Positions 9,683-19,873 of a stretch of DNA of 64,000 nucleotides are shown one piece after another. The position numbers were made by a program, and so were the translations under genes. Where the stretch lies: assembly GCA_963832165.1 (NCBI GenBank), contig CAWHTE010000001.1:608001-672000 (forward strand), given 5' to 3'. The stretch's first letter is position 1; every line of letters begins with the position of its first letter. The notes under the pieces were generated by a model. It ran no database searches. It was not told the DNA's origin and saw nothing but the letters and a program-made list of their open reading frames with translations. This DNA is from an uncultured delta proteobacterium. GTDB lineage: Bacteria; Myxococcota_A; UBA9160; SMWR01.

Positions 9683-11209
9683 ATGCTCTTCGCCGATCTC
9701 GTCGCGACGTCGGCTGCGGTGGCCGCGACGCCGAAGCGCGGCGAGAAGATCGCGCGGCTCGCGGAGCTGGTGCGGCGTCTCGAGCCCGATGAGGTCGCGA
9801 CGGCCGTCGCGTTCCTGTCGGGTGAGCTGCCGAAGGGGCGGATCGGCGTCGGGTGGACGACGATCTCGCGCGCGGTCTCCTCCGGGTCCGCGGCGGCTCC
9901 CGTGCTGTCGATCGGCGACGTCGAACGCGCCCTCGACGAGCTGCTCGCGACGGTCGGCGCCGGCTCGTCGGCCGCGCGATCGCGCCAGATCGAGTCGCTG
10001 TTCGCGCGCGCCACGGCCGCCGAGGTCGACTTCCTCGGGCGCCTGCTCGTGGGTGAGCTGCGCCAGGGCGCGCTCTCCGGCGTGATGAGCGACGCGATCG
10101 CGGTAGCGGCCTCGGTGCGCCCGGCGGCGCTGCGCCGCGCCGCGATGCTCTCGGGCGATCTCGCGATCGCGGCTCGAATCGCGCTGGGCACCGGCGAGTC
10201 CGGCCTCGCCGCAGTGACGCTCGAAGTCGGCAGGCCGGTTCTGCCGATGCTCGCATCGGCGTCGGCGGACCCGGCGTCGGCGATCGCCGAAACGGGCGCA
10301 GCGTCGGTCGAGTGGAAGATCGACGGCGCGCGCATCCAGTTGCATCGGTCGGGCGCGGACGTGCGCATCTTCACGCGCAATCTGAACGACGTCACGGACC
10401 GGCTTCCCGAGGTGGTCGCGATCGCGGCGTCGCTCGACGTCTCGTCCGCGGTGCTCGACGGCGAGGTGCTAGGCCTGTCCGAGGACGAGTCTCCGCGCGC
10501 GTTCCAGGACACGATGAGCCGCTTCGGCGCCGAAGCGGCCGCGGCGGAACTCGGCGCGCTGCGCCCCTTCTTCTTCGATCTGCTCCATCTCGATGGCGAC
10601 CTCGCGATCGATCGCCCGCTGCGCGAGCGCCTGACACTCCTCGATCGCGCGGCAGGGGCGTTCGCCGTGCCCCGGATCGCGACGGCAGACCCAGCCGAGG
10701 CCGAGCGATTCCTGGCCGAAGCGCTCGCGGCGGGACACGAGGGCGTGATGATCAAGGCGCTCGAGAGCGGCTATGAGGCCGGCCGGCGAGGCAAGGCCTG
10801 GCGCAAAGTGAAGCCGGTGCAGACGCTCGACCTCGTCGTGCTCGCGGCCGAGTGGGGACACGGCCGCCGGCGCGGCTGGCTCTCGAATCTCCACCTGGGC
10901 GCGCGCGACCCCGAGAACGGCGGCTGGTTGATGGTCGGCAAGACGTTCAAGGGTCTCTCGGACGAGCTGCTGCGCTGGCAGACCGCGCGGTTCAGAGAGC
11001 TCGCGGAGCGCGAGTCCGACGGAACGGTCTGGGTTCGACCGGAAGTCGTCGTCGAGGTCGCGCTCGACGGAGTGCAGCGCTCGACGCGCTATCCCGGTGG
11101 CGTGGCGCTGCGCTTCGCACGAGTCAAGCGCTACCGACCCGATCGCGAGAGCGCATCGGCGAGCACGATCGACGAAGTGCGCGCGCTGTTGCCCGGCGCG
11201 AGGCGCTGA
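9683..11209 (+). CDS. ligB: ATP-dependent DNA ligase (LigB-type)
   Basis: Motif I EWKIDG, EGVMIK, YEAGRRG..WRKVK, ALRFARV; N-terminal DNA-binding domain. Confidence 0.9.
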   Translation: MLFADLVATSAAVAATPKRGEKIARLAELVRRLEPDEVATAVAFLSGELPKGRIGVGWTTISRAVSSGSAAAPVLSIGDVERALDELLATVGAGSSAARSRQIESLFARATAAEVDFLGRLLVGELRQGALSGVMSDAIAVAASVRPAALRRAAMLSGDLAIAARIALGTGESGLAAVTLEVGRPVLPMLASASADPASAIAETGAASVEWKIDGARIQLHRSGADVRIFTRNLNDVTDRLPEVVAIAASLDVSSAVLDGEVLGLSEDESPRAFQDTMSRFGAEAAAAELGALRPFFFDLLHLDGDLAIDRPLRERLTLLDRAAGAFAVPRIATADPAEAERFLAEALAAGHEGVMIKALESGYEAGRRGKAWRKVKPVQTLDLVVLAAEWGHGRRRGWLSNLHLGARDPENGGWLMVGKTFKGLSDELLRWQTARFRELAERESDGTVWVRPEVVVEVALDGVQRSTRYPGGVALRFARVKRYRPDRESASASTIDEVRALLPGARR

Positions 11210-11307
11210 ACCCGAGCACCGGCTTCGAGCGCTCCCGGCTCGATTTGTAGGTTGCACATGTTTCCACGCGAGCTGCGTCTGGAATCCACTCCGGACGGCG
11301 CGAGTGG

Positions 11308-11322
11308 TGGCATGCGGATTGC
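11308..11322 (+). promoter_or_regulatory. sigma54 -24/-12 promoter
   Basis: TGGCAT-GCGGA-TTGC (GG-N10-GC), 35 nt upstream of the BON gene start. Confidence 0.7.
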
Positions 11323-11356
11323 GTTTTCAGTGTGGGAACGCGATGGGAGGAATGAA

Positions 11357-11956
11357 ATGCCGAGCTATGACCGACCCTATTTCGAGAGCCCGCGCGAGCG
11401 GGAGCGGCGCTATCGAGACCGAGACGCGGATCGCTCCTTCGGCCGGCGCGGATATGGCCGCCGGGATGACGACGACGACCGGGGCTCCTGGATCTCGCGC
11501 GACCGCGGCGATTTCGAGTCCGGGCGGCGGCGGCGCTTCGACGAGTTCGAAGATTGGCAGAGACCCCGCGAGCTCGCGGAATTCGAGCCGAGCGGAGATT
11601 TCGGGCGCTCCCATGCCCGGGCATCGCGGAGCCGCTCGATCGGCCGCGACCGCGATCCGTCGCAGGGCCGCTTCACGGGTCGCGGCCCGAAGGGCTATCA
11701 GCGCTCCGACGAGCGTCTGCGGGAGGACGTTTGCGATCGCTTGACCGTCGATTCCGAAATCGACGCAAGCAACATCGAAGTGTCGGTGCGGGATGGCGAA
11801 GTGACGCTCGACGGCAGCGTGCCCGACCGCTTCATGAAGCGCGCTTCCGAAGACTGCATCGAGAACATCTCCGGCGTGAAACAGGTCCACAACCGCGTGC
11901 GAGTCGAGGCCAACGACGAGGATCGCGCGGAAGTGCGCGATCCGGGCTTCTCGTAG
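11357..11956 (+). CDS. BON domain protein with Arg/Asp-rich disordered N-terminus
   Basis: GGAGG RBS; GRGPKGYQRSDERLREDVCDRL...VTLDGSV...GVKQVHNRVRV. Confidence 0.85.
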   Translation: MPSYDRPYFESPRERERRYRDRDADRSFGRRGYGRRDDDDDRGSWISRDRGDFESGRRRRFDEFEDWQRPRELAEFEPSGDFGRSHARASRSRSIGRDRDPSQGRFTGRGPKGYQRSDERLREDVCDRLTVDSEIDASNIEVSVRDGEVTLDGSVPDRFMKRASEDCIENISGVKQVHNRVRVEANDEDRAEVRDPGFS

Positions 11957-12086
11957 TCTCGGCTCGCCTTCTACGAAGGTGACCTCTTCGGCGCGCGAGA
12001 TCGGACGCCAAGTAGCTTTTCGCCTGCGGCGGTCGCACTATGTTCGGGCCCGTCGGCCCTCGCGACGCCACGAACAGGACACCCGG

Positions 12087-13290
12087 TTGCAATCGCGCGC
12101 TCGATCGCTTGCGGCGGCGTTGATCCCGTTGCTCCTCGCGCAGGCTGTTCTGGCCGTTGCGATGCTCGGCGCGTGGTACGTCTTCCGGAGGAACTTCCCG
12201 GCGCGTTATGCGGCGGTCGAGCAGGTCGTCCTCGAAACGCTGGCTGGGTCCGGACTATCTCGGAGACGGGCGCCCCGCATCAGAGCTCTTGCTCTGTTAT
12301 CCGATGGGGATCGCATTCGATCGCGACGGTGCACTGCTGATCTCCGACCGCGGCCGCGACCGCCGCGGCCGCGTCGTGTGGCGGATCGATTCCGAAGGGA
12401 TCGCCCACATCGTCGCCGGAACCGGGCTGCGAGGCACCGCGGTCGGAGATCGCGCGCTGGAGCTGGACTTCGAGAAGCCCGAGAGCATCGCGGTCGCTCC
12501 CGATGGGAGCTTCTTCCTCTCCGACGGCCAGAACCACGTCGTCTATCGGATCCACCGCGACGGAGCCGCCGAGCGGTTCGCGGGCACAGGCTCGCCGGGC
12601 TACTCCGGCGATGGAGGCCCGGCCCGCGATGCGATGCTCTACCGGCCCGCCGATCTGCGTCTCGACGCGCAAGGCAACCTGTTCATTGCGGACGTCCGCA
12701 ATCACCGCATTCGCGTGGTCGATCCCTCCGGGCGCATAACGACGGTGGCGGGCACCGGCGAGCCGGGCTTCAGCCCCGACGGCACGCCTGCGATCCAGGC
12801 CCGGCTCGACACGCCGTGGGGGATCGGGCTCGACCTCCAGGGTCGATTGTTGATCGGCGACGGCGCGAATCACCGCGTGCGCCGCGTCGAGGACGACGGC
12901 CGACTCGTCACGATTGCGGGCAACGGCCGCCCCGGATTCGACGGCGACGGCGGACCCGCGACGCAAGCCAGTCTGAATTGGCCCGAGGCCCTGTCCGTGG
13001 ATCCGAGCGGGCGGCTGTTCCTCGGAGACGAGAACAACAATTCGGTACGTGTCGTCGACACCGATGGAACAATTTCGACGCTGATGGGCACGGGGTTTCC
13101 CGGCAAGGCGATGATCGGCGGGGTCGCGCAGAGGTCGCCGCTCGACGATCCCGAGAGCGTGCTGCCCACCGCCGACGGTTTGATCGTCGTGGATGGCAAC
13201 AACGGGCGCGTGATCCGCATCGCGAACAATGGAATCATCGAGCTCGTGGCCGGTCGCGGCGAGATCGCGCCGTGCACGCCGATGCGATGA
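12087..13290 (+). CDS. Membrane-anchored NHL-repeat beta-propeller protein, frameshift near 12235 (start uncertain)
   Basis: N-terminal TM segment in one frame; repeated AGTG..GYSGDGGPA and P.GI..D..G.L.I.D..NHR.R units in the next frame. Confidence 0.75.
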
Positions 13291-13315
13291 CGGTGCACCG
13301 GCGCGCGTACCGACG

Positions 13316-14479
13316 TCAGAGCGAGAGCTGGTAGACCTTCGCCGCGTTCTCGTAGAGCAGCTTGCGCTGCACGCGGGGCGCGAGGCCCAGCAGGCTCCGC
13401 TCTTTCGTCTCCTTCACGCCGGGATAGAGGCAGGTGGCGTGCGGGAAGTCCGTCTCGAACATCAGGTTGTCTTCGCCGATCCACTCGATCGCGGGTCCTG
13501 GATTGCTCTCGAACCAGTACGAGCCGTAGATCTGGCGCCGGAAGTACTCCGTCGGGCGCAGCTTCACGTCGTCGACGCCGTTCTCGATGAATTGATAGTC
13601 GAGACTCTCGAGCATGAACGGCAGCCAGCCGATCCCGCTCTCGACCGACACGAACTTGAGTCGCGGGAAGCGGTCGAGCAGGCCGCTCGAGATCAGGTTC
13701 ACGATGCACACGAGGTTGCCCATCTGCGCCATCGTGGAGAGCGCAGCGAACCCGCGCGCGGGCGGGTACTCACCCCAGAGGCGCATCGGCCCGCCGCCGC
13801 TGCCGATGTGGAAGTTGACCGGCACGCCGCGCGCCTGCGCGGCGTCCCAGAGCGGATCCCACCGCGGATCCGCGAGCGGCGGGAGGCCCCACGGCTGTGT
13901 GAAGTCGGTGATCACGATGCCGGTGAGGCCGAGCTCGTCCTGCGCCCGCTCGAGCTCCTTCACCGCGGCAGGTACGTCCCAGATCGGCAGCATCGCCTGC
14001 GGAAGCAGACGTCCGCCGCTCTCCGCCTGCAGGTCACCGCCTGCGTCGTTGTAGGCGGTGACGCAGAACGCGCGGTGCTCGACGTCTTTGATGTTCATCA
14101 CGAGGTTGCCCGCGAAGCCGAGGATGTTCGGGTAGACGATCTGCAGGGTGAGCCCGTGCTCGTCCATGTAGGCGAGCCGAGGCTCCACCTCGATCGCTCC
14201 GGGGTGCACCTCCGCGAAGGTGTCGAACGCGATCCGCGCCATCGTCTTGCTGCCGTCGGGGCGGATCGAGGCGTACCCCACCGCGCCCATCACCTGGCCG
14301 TCCTCGATCACCCACTGCTCGACGCCTGCGTCGTTCTTGCGCACGCGCAGCGCGCGGTCCTTGAGCTTGCCCGGCGCGCGCGACGTCCACAGATCGGGCG
14401 GCTCGGTCCAGTGGGAGTCCACGTCGATCACGGGCATGCGCGCGACGTCGTCCGTCGTCGACGTTCTTTCGTCGGTCAT
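13316..14479 (-). CDS. Amidohydrolase family protein
   Basis: IDVDSHWTEP, VNFHIG, VESGIGW, FETDFPH. Confidence 0.85.
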   Translation of the reverse strand: MTDERTSTTDDVARMPVIDVDSHWTEPPDLWTSRAPGKLKDRALRVRKNDAGVEQWVIEDGQVMGAVGYASIRPDGSKTMARIAFDTFAEVHPGAIEVEPRLAYMDEHGLTLQIVYPNILGFAGNLVMNIKDVEHRAFCVTAYNDAGGDLQAESGGRLLPQAMLPIWDVPAAVKELERAQDELGLTGIVITDFTQPWGLPPLADPRWDPLWDAAQARGVPVNFHIGSGGGPMRLWGEYPPARGFAALSTMAQMGNLVCIVNLISSGLLDRFPRLKFVSVESGIGWLPFMLESLDYQFIENGVDDVKLRPTEYFRRQIYGSYWFESNPGPAIEWIGEDNLMFETDFPHATCLYPGVKETKERSLLGLAPRVQRKLLYENAAKVYQLSL

Positions 14480-14572
14480 GGAGAATTCCTCGTGGGCGTT
14501 GCGGGCCTGTCATTGTAGTTCACATCACCTCGACGCGATGTGGTACATCTGCGAGGTCGCAAAGGAGCCGCG

Positions 14573-15628
14573 ATGATTCTCGAACGACTCGATCCCACCG
14601 CCGACGAGTTTGCGCGCGGCACGGGCTGGGAGCTCAAACCCGAAGGCGCGTGTAAAGCCGAAATCTGCATTCCGCTGCCGAAGGATGCGCGACGACCGGA
14701 TGGGCGCGTCAACGTGTCAGTCATGGCTGACGCGCTCGGCATGGCGATCGTCGCGGACGAGCAGCACGGCCTCTGGTCGCTCGGCCCGATGTCGGGCGGG
14801 CGCGCTCTCGCGACGGCGGTGGTTCCCGAGATCACGCTGCCCGATCGCGACGGGAATCCGTTCCGGCTCGGCTCGCTCAAGGGCACCAAGGTCTTCATGT
14901 GCGCATGGGCGAGCTGGTGAGGCTGCCGCATGGACCTGCCCGTGTGGCAGGCAGTGCGCGAGGAGCTGCGCCCGCTCGGGCTCGAGATCGTTGCGGTCGC
15001 GATGGACACGAACTTCGAAGCGGCGTACCCGTGGATCGACGCCGCGAAGACGACCTATCCGCAGCTGCTCGACGCCGAGCACTCACTCGGCGCGCGGCTC
15101 GGCATCATCAACGTGCCCATGGGCGTCTGGATCGACGAGGAAGGCGTGCTCGTGCGCCCCGCGGAGCCGTGCTTCGCGCCGCGTGAGCGCGGCTTCGGGG
15201 GCATGAAGCTTCCCGAAGACGCGCCCCAGCGCATGAAGGACATGCTCGCGGAGGCGGCCAAGCTCGACGTCGACACGCGCACCTACGCTGCCGCGCTGCG
15301 CGACTGGGTGCGCCTCGGCAGCGAGAGCCGCTACGCGCTTTCGCCCGACGAGGTCGTGCAGCGCTCGGCTCCGCGACCCGTGGAAGTGTCGCTCGCCGCG
15401 GCCAACTTCGAGATGGGGCAGCACCTCCACCGCACGGGCCGTGTCGACGCCGCGCGTCCGTTCTTCCGCGCCGCGCACCGACTCCAGCCCGAGAACTGGA
15501 CCTACAAGCGCCAGGCCTGGAGCATGGTCGACCCGCTCCAGGGCCCCACCGAGCACTACGACAGCGATTGGCTCAGCGACGTGCGGAAGATCGGCGCGCA
15601 GAACTACTACCCGAAGCTCGACATGTGA
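14573..15628 (+). CDS. Thioredoxin-fold (ResA/TlpA-like) selenoprotein with WAxxUGC motif; in-frame TGA at 14918-14920
   Basis: ORFs 14540-14920 and 14930-15628 share a frame: WASW-TGA-GCR-MDLPVWQ; AAGGAG RBS; hairpin 14 nt after the TGA. Confidence 0.85.
14928..14957 (+). promoter_or_regulatory. Candidate bacterial SECIS hairpin
   Basis: CCTGCC-cgtgt-GGCAGG stem-loop (14935-14951) plus GCA/TGC lower pairing just 3' of the UGA. Confidence 0.65.
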
Positions 15629-15640
15629 AACGCGCCGGAG

Positions 15641-16538
15641 CTAGTCGCCGTCCTTCTCGATCTTCACACCGCCGCTGAAGCTCTCGATCGAGATCCGCGC
15701 ATCGCCGTCGCCGACCACGAACGAGAGGGGCCGGCCCGGGCCGTAGTTCGAGCCGTGGCCATTCTCGTCGCCGGTGAGTCGCGACGTGAAGTCCGACTGG
15801 ATGCCGCCGCTGAAGCTCTGCACCTCGAAGCGCGCCGAGGTGCCGCCGGGCAGGCGCAGCTCCACCGGTCCGCTGAAGCTGCGCGCGTTCACCCGCGCTC
15901 CCTTCGCGAGCGAGGATTCGAGCTTGATCTCGCCCGCCATCGTGCGCAGGTCGGCGCGCTCGATCTCCTCGCCCTCCACTTGGATACGGCCGCTCACCGT
16001 CGTGGCCTGCACTTCGCCGCTCACACCCTTGAGCTCGATCTCGCCGTTGAGCGTCTTCGCCACCACCTCGCTGCGCTCGCCCTCGAACTTGATCGGAGCG
16101 TTCATCGTCTCGAGATAGGCCTCCTCCGGGGCGCCCTTCACCTCGATCTCGCCGTTCGCTGCGTGCAGGTCGAGCTCGCCCTCGACACCCTCCGCCTTGA
16201 TCGCGCCGTTGATCGTGCGCGCCGTGATACGGCTCTTCCGCGGCAGCTCGATCTGGATCTCGACTTCGACCGGCTGCTTCCACGCCTGCCAGCTCATGTG
16301 ACGGGGCGCGCAACGATACGCGCCGACGGGACCCCTTCGCGTCGATCTCGCCCTCTGCGCGCACGCGCAGCTCGTTCGTGTCGATCCCGCGCAGCTCGAT
16401 CCGCCCCGACATGATCTCGATGTCCACGCGCACGTCGGGCTCCACTTCGAAGGTCTGTTCGAACGGATCGGCGCGGACGACACCCGCGACCAGACACGAC
16501 GTGCAGATCGCCGATACGACCCACATTCCCCGATTCAT
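15641..16538 (-). CDS. DUF4097-type beta-strand-repeat exported protein, frameshift near 16300
   Basis: Signal peptide; repeated T.NG.I / SG.I motifs; ATGA coupling to the upstream gene. Confidence 0.8.
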
Positions 16539-17143
16539 GACTGCGCCTCCGGATCGCGCGAGCTCGTCCACCACTCGAGCTGCTCGAGCATGTCCGCCTC
16601 GCGGCGATAGGCCTCGGCGAGCAGGAACTGCAGCGCCGCGTTGTTCGGGTGCTCCTGGAACGCGAGGTGGATCTCGGCGATCGAGCGGTCGATCTCGGTG
16701 AGATTCTTCTCGACCGCCGACACCACCTCGGGCGGCAGCTGCGCGCGCCGCTCGTCGAGCAGCGCGAGCAGGTCCTGGCGCATGGCGCCCATGCCATCGC
16801 GATCGCGCAGCGAGTCGGCGATCGCGCGGACCGTGGCCGGATCGTCGAGCGAGGGCGCTCCGCTCAGCCACAGGCCGGTGCCGATCGACGTCGCGAGCAG
16901 GAGCACGGCCGCGGCGGACGCGGCCCACACGGGTACCTGCAATCGCGAGCGCCACACCCGCGCTCGCGCGGGGGCGCCAGCGCCCTGCATCTCGATGCGG
17001 TTGCGGATGCCGAGCCAGAGGTCGCGCTCGGGCTCGATCTCGCGCGGCAGCGTGCGCGCGCGCTCGAGCAGCGCGTCGGTCGCGGCCTGCTCTTCGACCG
17101 TGAGCGGTTTGGGTGCGCGTCGCCAGCGCAGGATGTTCTTCAT
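16535..17143 (-). CDS. Putative single-TM anti-sigma factor
   Basis: LPREIEPERDLWLGIRNRI, one TM helix, C-terminal NLTEIDRSIAEI...PNN; coupled to ECF sigma gene. Confidence 0.7.
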   Translation of the reverse strand: MKNILRWRRAPKPLTVEEQAATDALLERARTLPREIEPERDLWLGIRNRIEMQGAGAPARARVWRSRLQVPVWAASAAAVLLLATSIGTGLWLSGAPSLDDPATVRAIADSLRDRDGMGAMRQDLLALLDERRAQLPPEVVSAVEKNLTEIDRSIAEIHLAFQEHPNNAALQFLLAEAYRREADMLEQLEWWTSSRDPEAQS

Positions 17144-17685
17144 CGAGAGAGCTCCTCTCGCAAGAGCCGGCGCGCGCGGTGCAGGTGGGCCTTCGAGGTT
17201 CCCACCGCGAGGCCCGTCATCTCCGCGATCTCGTCGTGCTTGTAGCCCTCGACGTCGTGCAGCACGAAGATCAGGCGCGCCTGGGGTGACAGATTCGCAA
17301 CCGCGCGCTCGAGGTCGAGGTCGCCGCCCGGCGAGAACGCGGGCACCGCGATCCCGACGTCGTCGGACTCCTGTGCGACGAAGCGCTCTCTCCAGCGGCC
17401 GCGTCGCCGCAGCTCGCCGATCACCACGTTCACGGTCACGCGGTGCAGCCAGGTCGAGAAGGCGCTGTCGCCGCGGTACGTGCCCAGGCGCTCCCACACG
17501 CGCACGAACGTCTCCTGCGTGAGCTCGTCGGCTTCGCTGCGGTCGCGCGCCATGCGTAGACAGAGGGCGTGGACGCGTCCCGTGTGCTGGCGGTAGAGCA
17601 TCTCGAAGGCCTCGACCTCGCCTGCGGCGGCGCGGCGCACGAGTTCGTCGCCACGTTCTGTGCGATCGATGTGCGGCTCGCTCAA
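17140..17685 (-). CDS. ECF RNA polymerase sigma factor
   Basis: AFEMLYRQH, ADELTQETF, FSTWLHRVTVN, region 4 EIAEMTGLAVGTSKAHLHRAR. Confidence 0.95.
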   Translation of the reverse strand: MSEPHIDRTERGDELVRRAAAGEVEAFEMLYRQHTGRVHALCLRMARDRSEADELTQETFVRVWERLGTYRGDSAFSTWLHRVTVNVVIGELRRRGRWRERFVAQESDDVGIAVPAFSPGGDLDLERAVANLSPQARLIFVLHDVEGYKHDEIAEMTGLAVGTSKAHLHRARRLLREELSR

Positions 17686-17727
17686 CGCCGTGTCTCGTTC
17701 GTCCGGGCTCGTCCCGGACCTCTCTAC

Positions 17728-17778
17728 GATGCTCGGATAGCGCCGAAAGGTTTAAACCAAACTAGGGCCGGGGCCGTC
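17728..17778. promoter_or_regulatory. Back-to-back ECF-type promoters sharing palindrome GGTTTAAACC
   Basis: Minus strand AAACC-N16-GCATC toward sigma gene; plus strand AAACC-N15-CCGTC toward the 17810 gene. Confidence 0.5.
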
Positions 17779-17809
17779 AGAGGGGGCGAAATGCTTTTCG
17801 GAGGGCGCG

Positions 17810-18148
17810 ATGACGGAGATCCTGGCTGTTTCGGAGCGGGGGCGCCTCGTGATCGACGCCTGGGCCGGCTCGGTGAACGTGAGCGCTGGCCGCGGCGGGG
17901 CCGTGGGAGTCGCCGTGAGGTGCCGCGGGGTCCTGCCCGCTCCCGCGCTCGAGATCGAGCGCGATGGTGACGACGTCTACGTCGAGGCGCGCAGCACGCC
18001 GCGCCTGCAGTGGCTGCCGCTCTGGGTGTGGCGCCAGGCGCAGATCGAGGTGAGCGTGCCCGCCCGTTATTCGGTGGACGTGGCGACGAGCGGAGGGCGC
18101 GTCGAGATCCACGGCTTCGAGGGCGAGGTGGCGGTGCGGAACGTATAG
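17810..18148 (+). CDS. Small DUF4097-like protein
   Basis: GGAGG RBS; IEVSVPARYSVDVATSGGRVEI resembles DUF4097 repeats. Confidence 0.55.
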   Translation: MTEILAVSERGRLVIDAWAGSVNVSAGRGGAVGVAVRCRGVLPAPALEIERDGDDVYVEARSTPRLQWLPLWVWRQAQIEVSVPARYSVDVATSGGRVEIHGFEGEVAVRNV

Positions 18149-18151
18149 CGA

Positions 18152-19873
18152 TCAGCCCATACCCACCCGCACTTCTCCCGAGCGGTAGACCGCCAGCGGC
18201 GGAGCATCGCTGCGCAGGCCGAGTTCGAAGCGCAGCCCGTCGGGCGCGATGCCCGTGCAGCGAAGGACATGCCGGTGCACACCGCGCTCATGATGCCAGG
18301 CACAGAGCGTGGTGAGATTCGAGTCCTGGTTCGAGCCGCGGTGCGAGCGGAACACGATGTGGTGGCGGTGCAGGTTTCGATACGACGTGCACCCCGGCGC
18401 CGTGCAGCGCCAGCCGTCGCGTTCGAACACCCGGTAGTCGCGGCGGGTGCGTTCATTTGCCCGCCATGTCGCGAGCGCAAGGTCGAGCATTGCCTCGAGC
18501 GCATCGCTTGGGCGGCACGGGCGCCTGCGGATGCGCTCTAGCCGGCGCTGCACGGTAGCGAGCACCGCGCGGAACAGCTGCACCACCTCGGGAACGGCGC
18601 TGAAGAGGAGGCGTTCACTCTCCTTTTCGAGGCGTGCATCGGCACCCGTTTGGAGACCCGCGGGGTCGCGTTCGGCATCGCGCTGCTCCAGGGTCGCTGC
18701 GAGCGCTGGCGGCGTGAATTCGCCCAGCGTGAGCGCGCGCTCCACGTCGTCGCCGAGCCGGCGCGCGGTTACGCGCTGCGTATGGGCGATCCAGTCGCCG
18801 CGGTAGCGCGCCGCTCTGGGCTCGAGGAACAGCGGCACGAGGGCATGGGCCTGCACCCAGATCCGCCCCTCGGCGAAGTCCGCTCGCAGCGGTGCACACA
18901 CGCGCGCCGCGCGCTCGAAGCGCAAGAGTGCCCGCGCGCGGCTCGGCGCCATGCCGAGCCGTTCCTCGGCGTAGGCATCCACGCTGCGGAAGCCGAGGTT
19001 TCGGTGCAGGCCCCACGACACGACGTCGCAGAGCAGCGCCGCGACGCGCGCGTGCCCGCGCGCTTCCATGCGCACCGCACGCTGCAGGCGCCGATCGAGC
19101 TCGAAGGCGTCGGCGGATTCGAGGTCGCGCTCCAGAGCGGCGACGTTTGGATCAGTCGGGAAGGGAACCATCGCTGGCAGCCGTGGAAGGCGGGATCCGC
19201 CTTCGGCACCTGGGGTGCCTTCGGCTTCTCCCGCCCTACGAAGACAAGGTTCCTCCGAAGCTGAACTCTCGATGGGCACCGCTGACAGAACCTTGGCCGC
19301 GAGCACCTCCGCGAATGCGCTGTTCGAGAGCGCGTGACCCGCCACCCGGTTCGCGACCTGCCGCGCGCTCCACCAGCGCGCCCGCGCGCGTGGCGTGACC
19401 CGCAGCACCGCTCTCTGCGTCGAGCGGCTCGCGCGCGCACCGATCCACCACGCGCACCTCGCGCGCGAGCGCACGAGCGGTGAGCGACTTCGCCAACCTT
19501 GAGCCAGTGCTCTTCTCTCTGTCGTTGCCACGCGGCACAAGAGGCGCACTTGGGTCCACCCGATCTCGCCGGTGCGGAATGCGGCATCGAGCACGGGCAG
19601 TCGCGCGAGCGCCCCGCCTACTGCGGCCAGGTCGCGCAGCTCGCGCCCCGAGATCCCCGCGCGCTCGACCGCATAATCTCCGGACCGCGCAAACCCGAGT
19701 CGCTCCCAGCCGCGCACGGCGACCATCCGATCCGCCACGCGCGCGAGCGCGCGCCGCAGCGCCGAAGGAGCGCGCGCTTCGGCAACCAGACGTGTCTCCA
19801 GATCACGCGGCTCGCGCGACCACGCGCGGCGCACCGCAGGCTGCGGCGCAGCGACCGGGGCCACCGCCGACAT
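18152..19873 (-). CDS. DUF222-like / HNH endonuclease protein, with apparent compensating frameshifts at ~19400-19525
   Basis: C-terminal VFERDGWRCTAPGC...LHRHHIVFRSHRGSN...NLTTLCAWHH; two internal W..LGF....YA.ER.G repeats. Confidence 0.8.
   Translation of the reverse strand: MSAVAPVAAPQPAVRRAWSREPRDLETRLVAEARAPSALRRALARVADRMVAVRGWERLGFARSGDYAVERAGISGRELRDLAAVGGALARLPVLDAAFRTGEIGWTQVRLLCRVATTERRALAQGWRSRSPLVRSRARCAWWIGARASRSTQRAVLRVTPRARARWWSARQVANRVAGHALSNSAFAEVLAAKVLSAVPIESSASEEPCLRRAGEAEGTPGAEGGSRLPRLPAMVPFPTDPNVAALERDLESADAFELDRRLQRAVRMEARGHARVAALLCDVVSWGLHRNLGFRSVDAYAEERLGMAPSRARALLRFERAARVCAPLRADFAEGRIWVQAHALVPLFLEPRAARYRGDWIAHTQRVTARRLGDDVERALTLGEFTPPALAATLEQRDAERDPAGLQTGADARLEKESERLLFSAVPEVVQLFRAVLATVQRRLERIRRRPCRPSDALEAMLDLALATWRANERTRRDYRVFERDGWRCTAPGCTSYRNLHRHHIVFRSHRGSNQDSNLTTLCAWHHERGVHRHVLRCTGIAPDGLRFELGLRSDAPPLAVYRSGEVRVGMG

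Noticed and set aside
9683..11209. ATP-dependent ligase as a phage or NHEJ marker
   Set aside because: Ordinary LigB-type gene; no Ku, polymerase domain or phage genes adjacent
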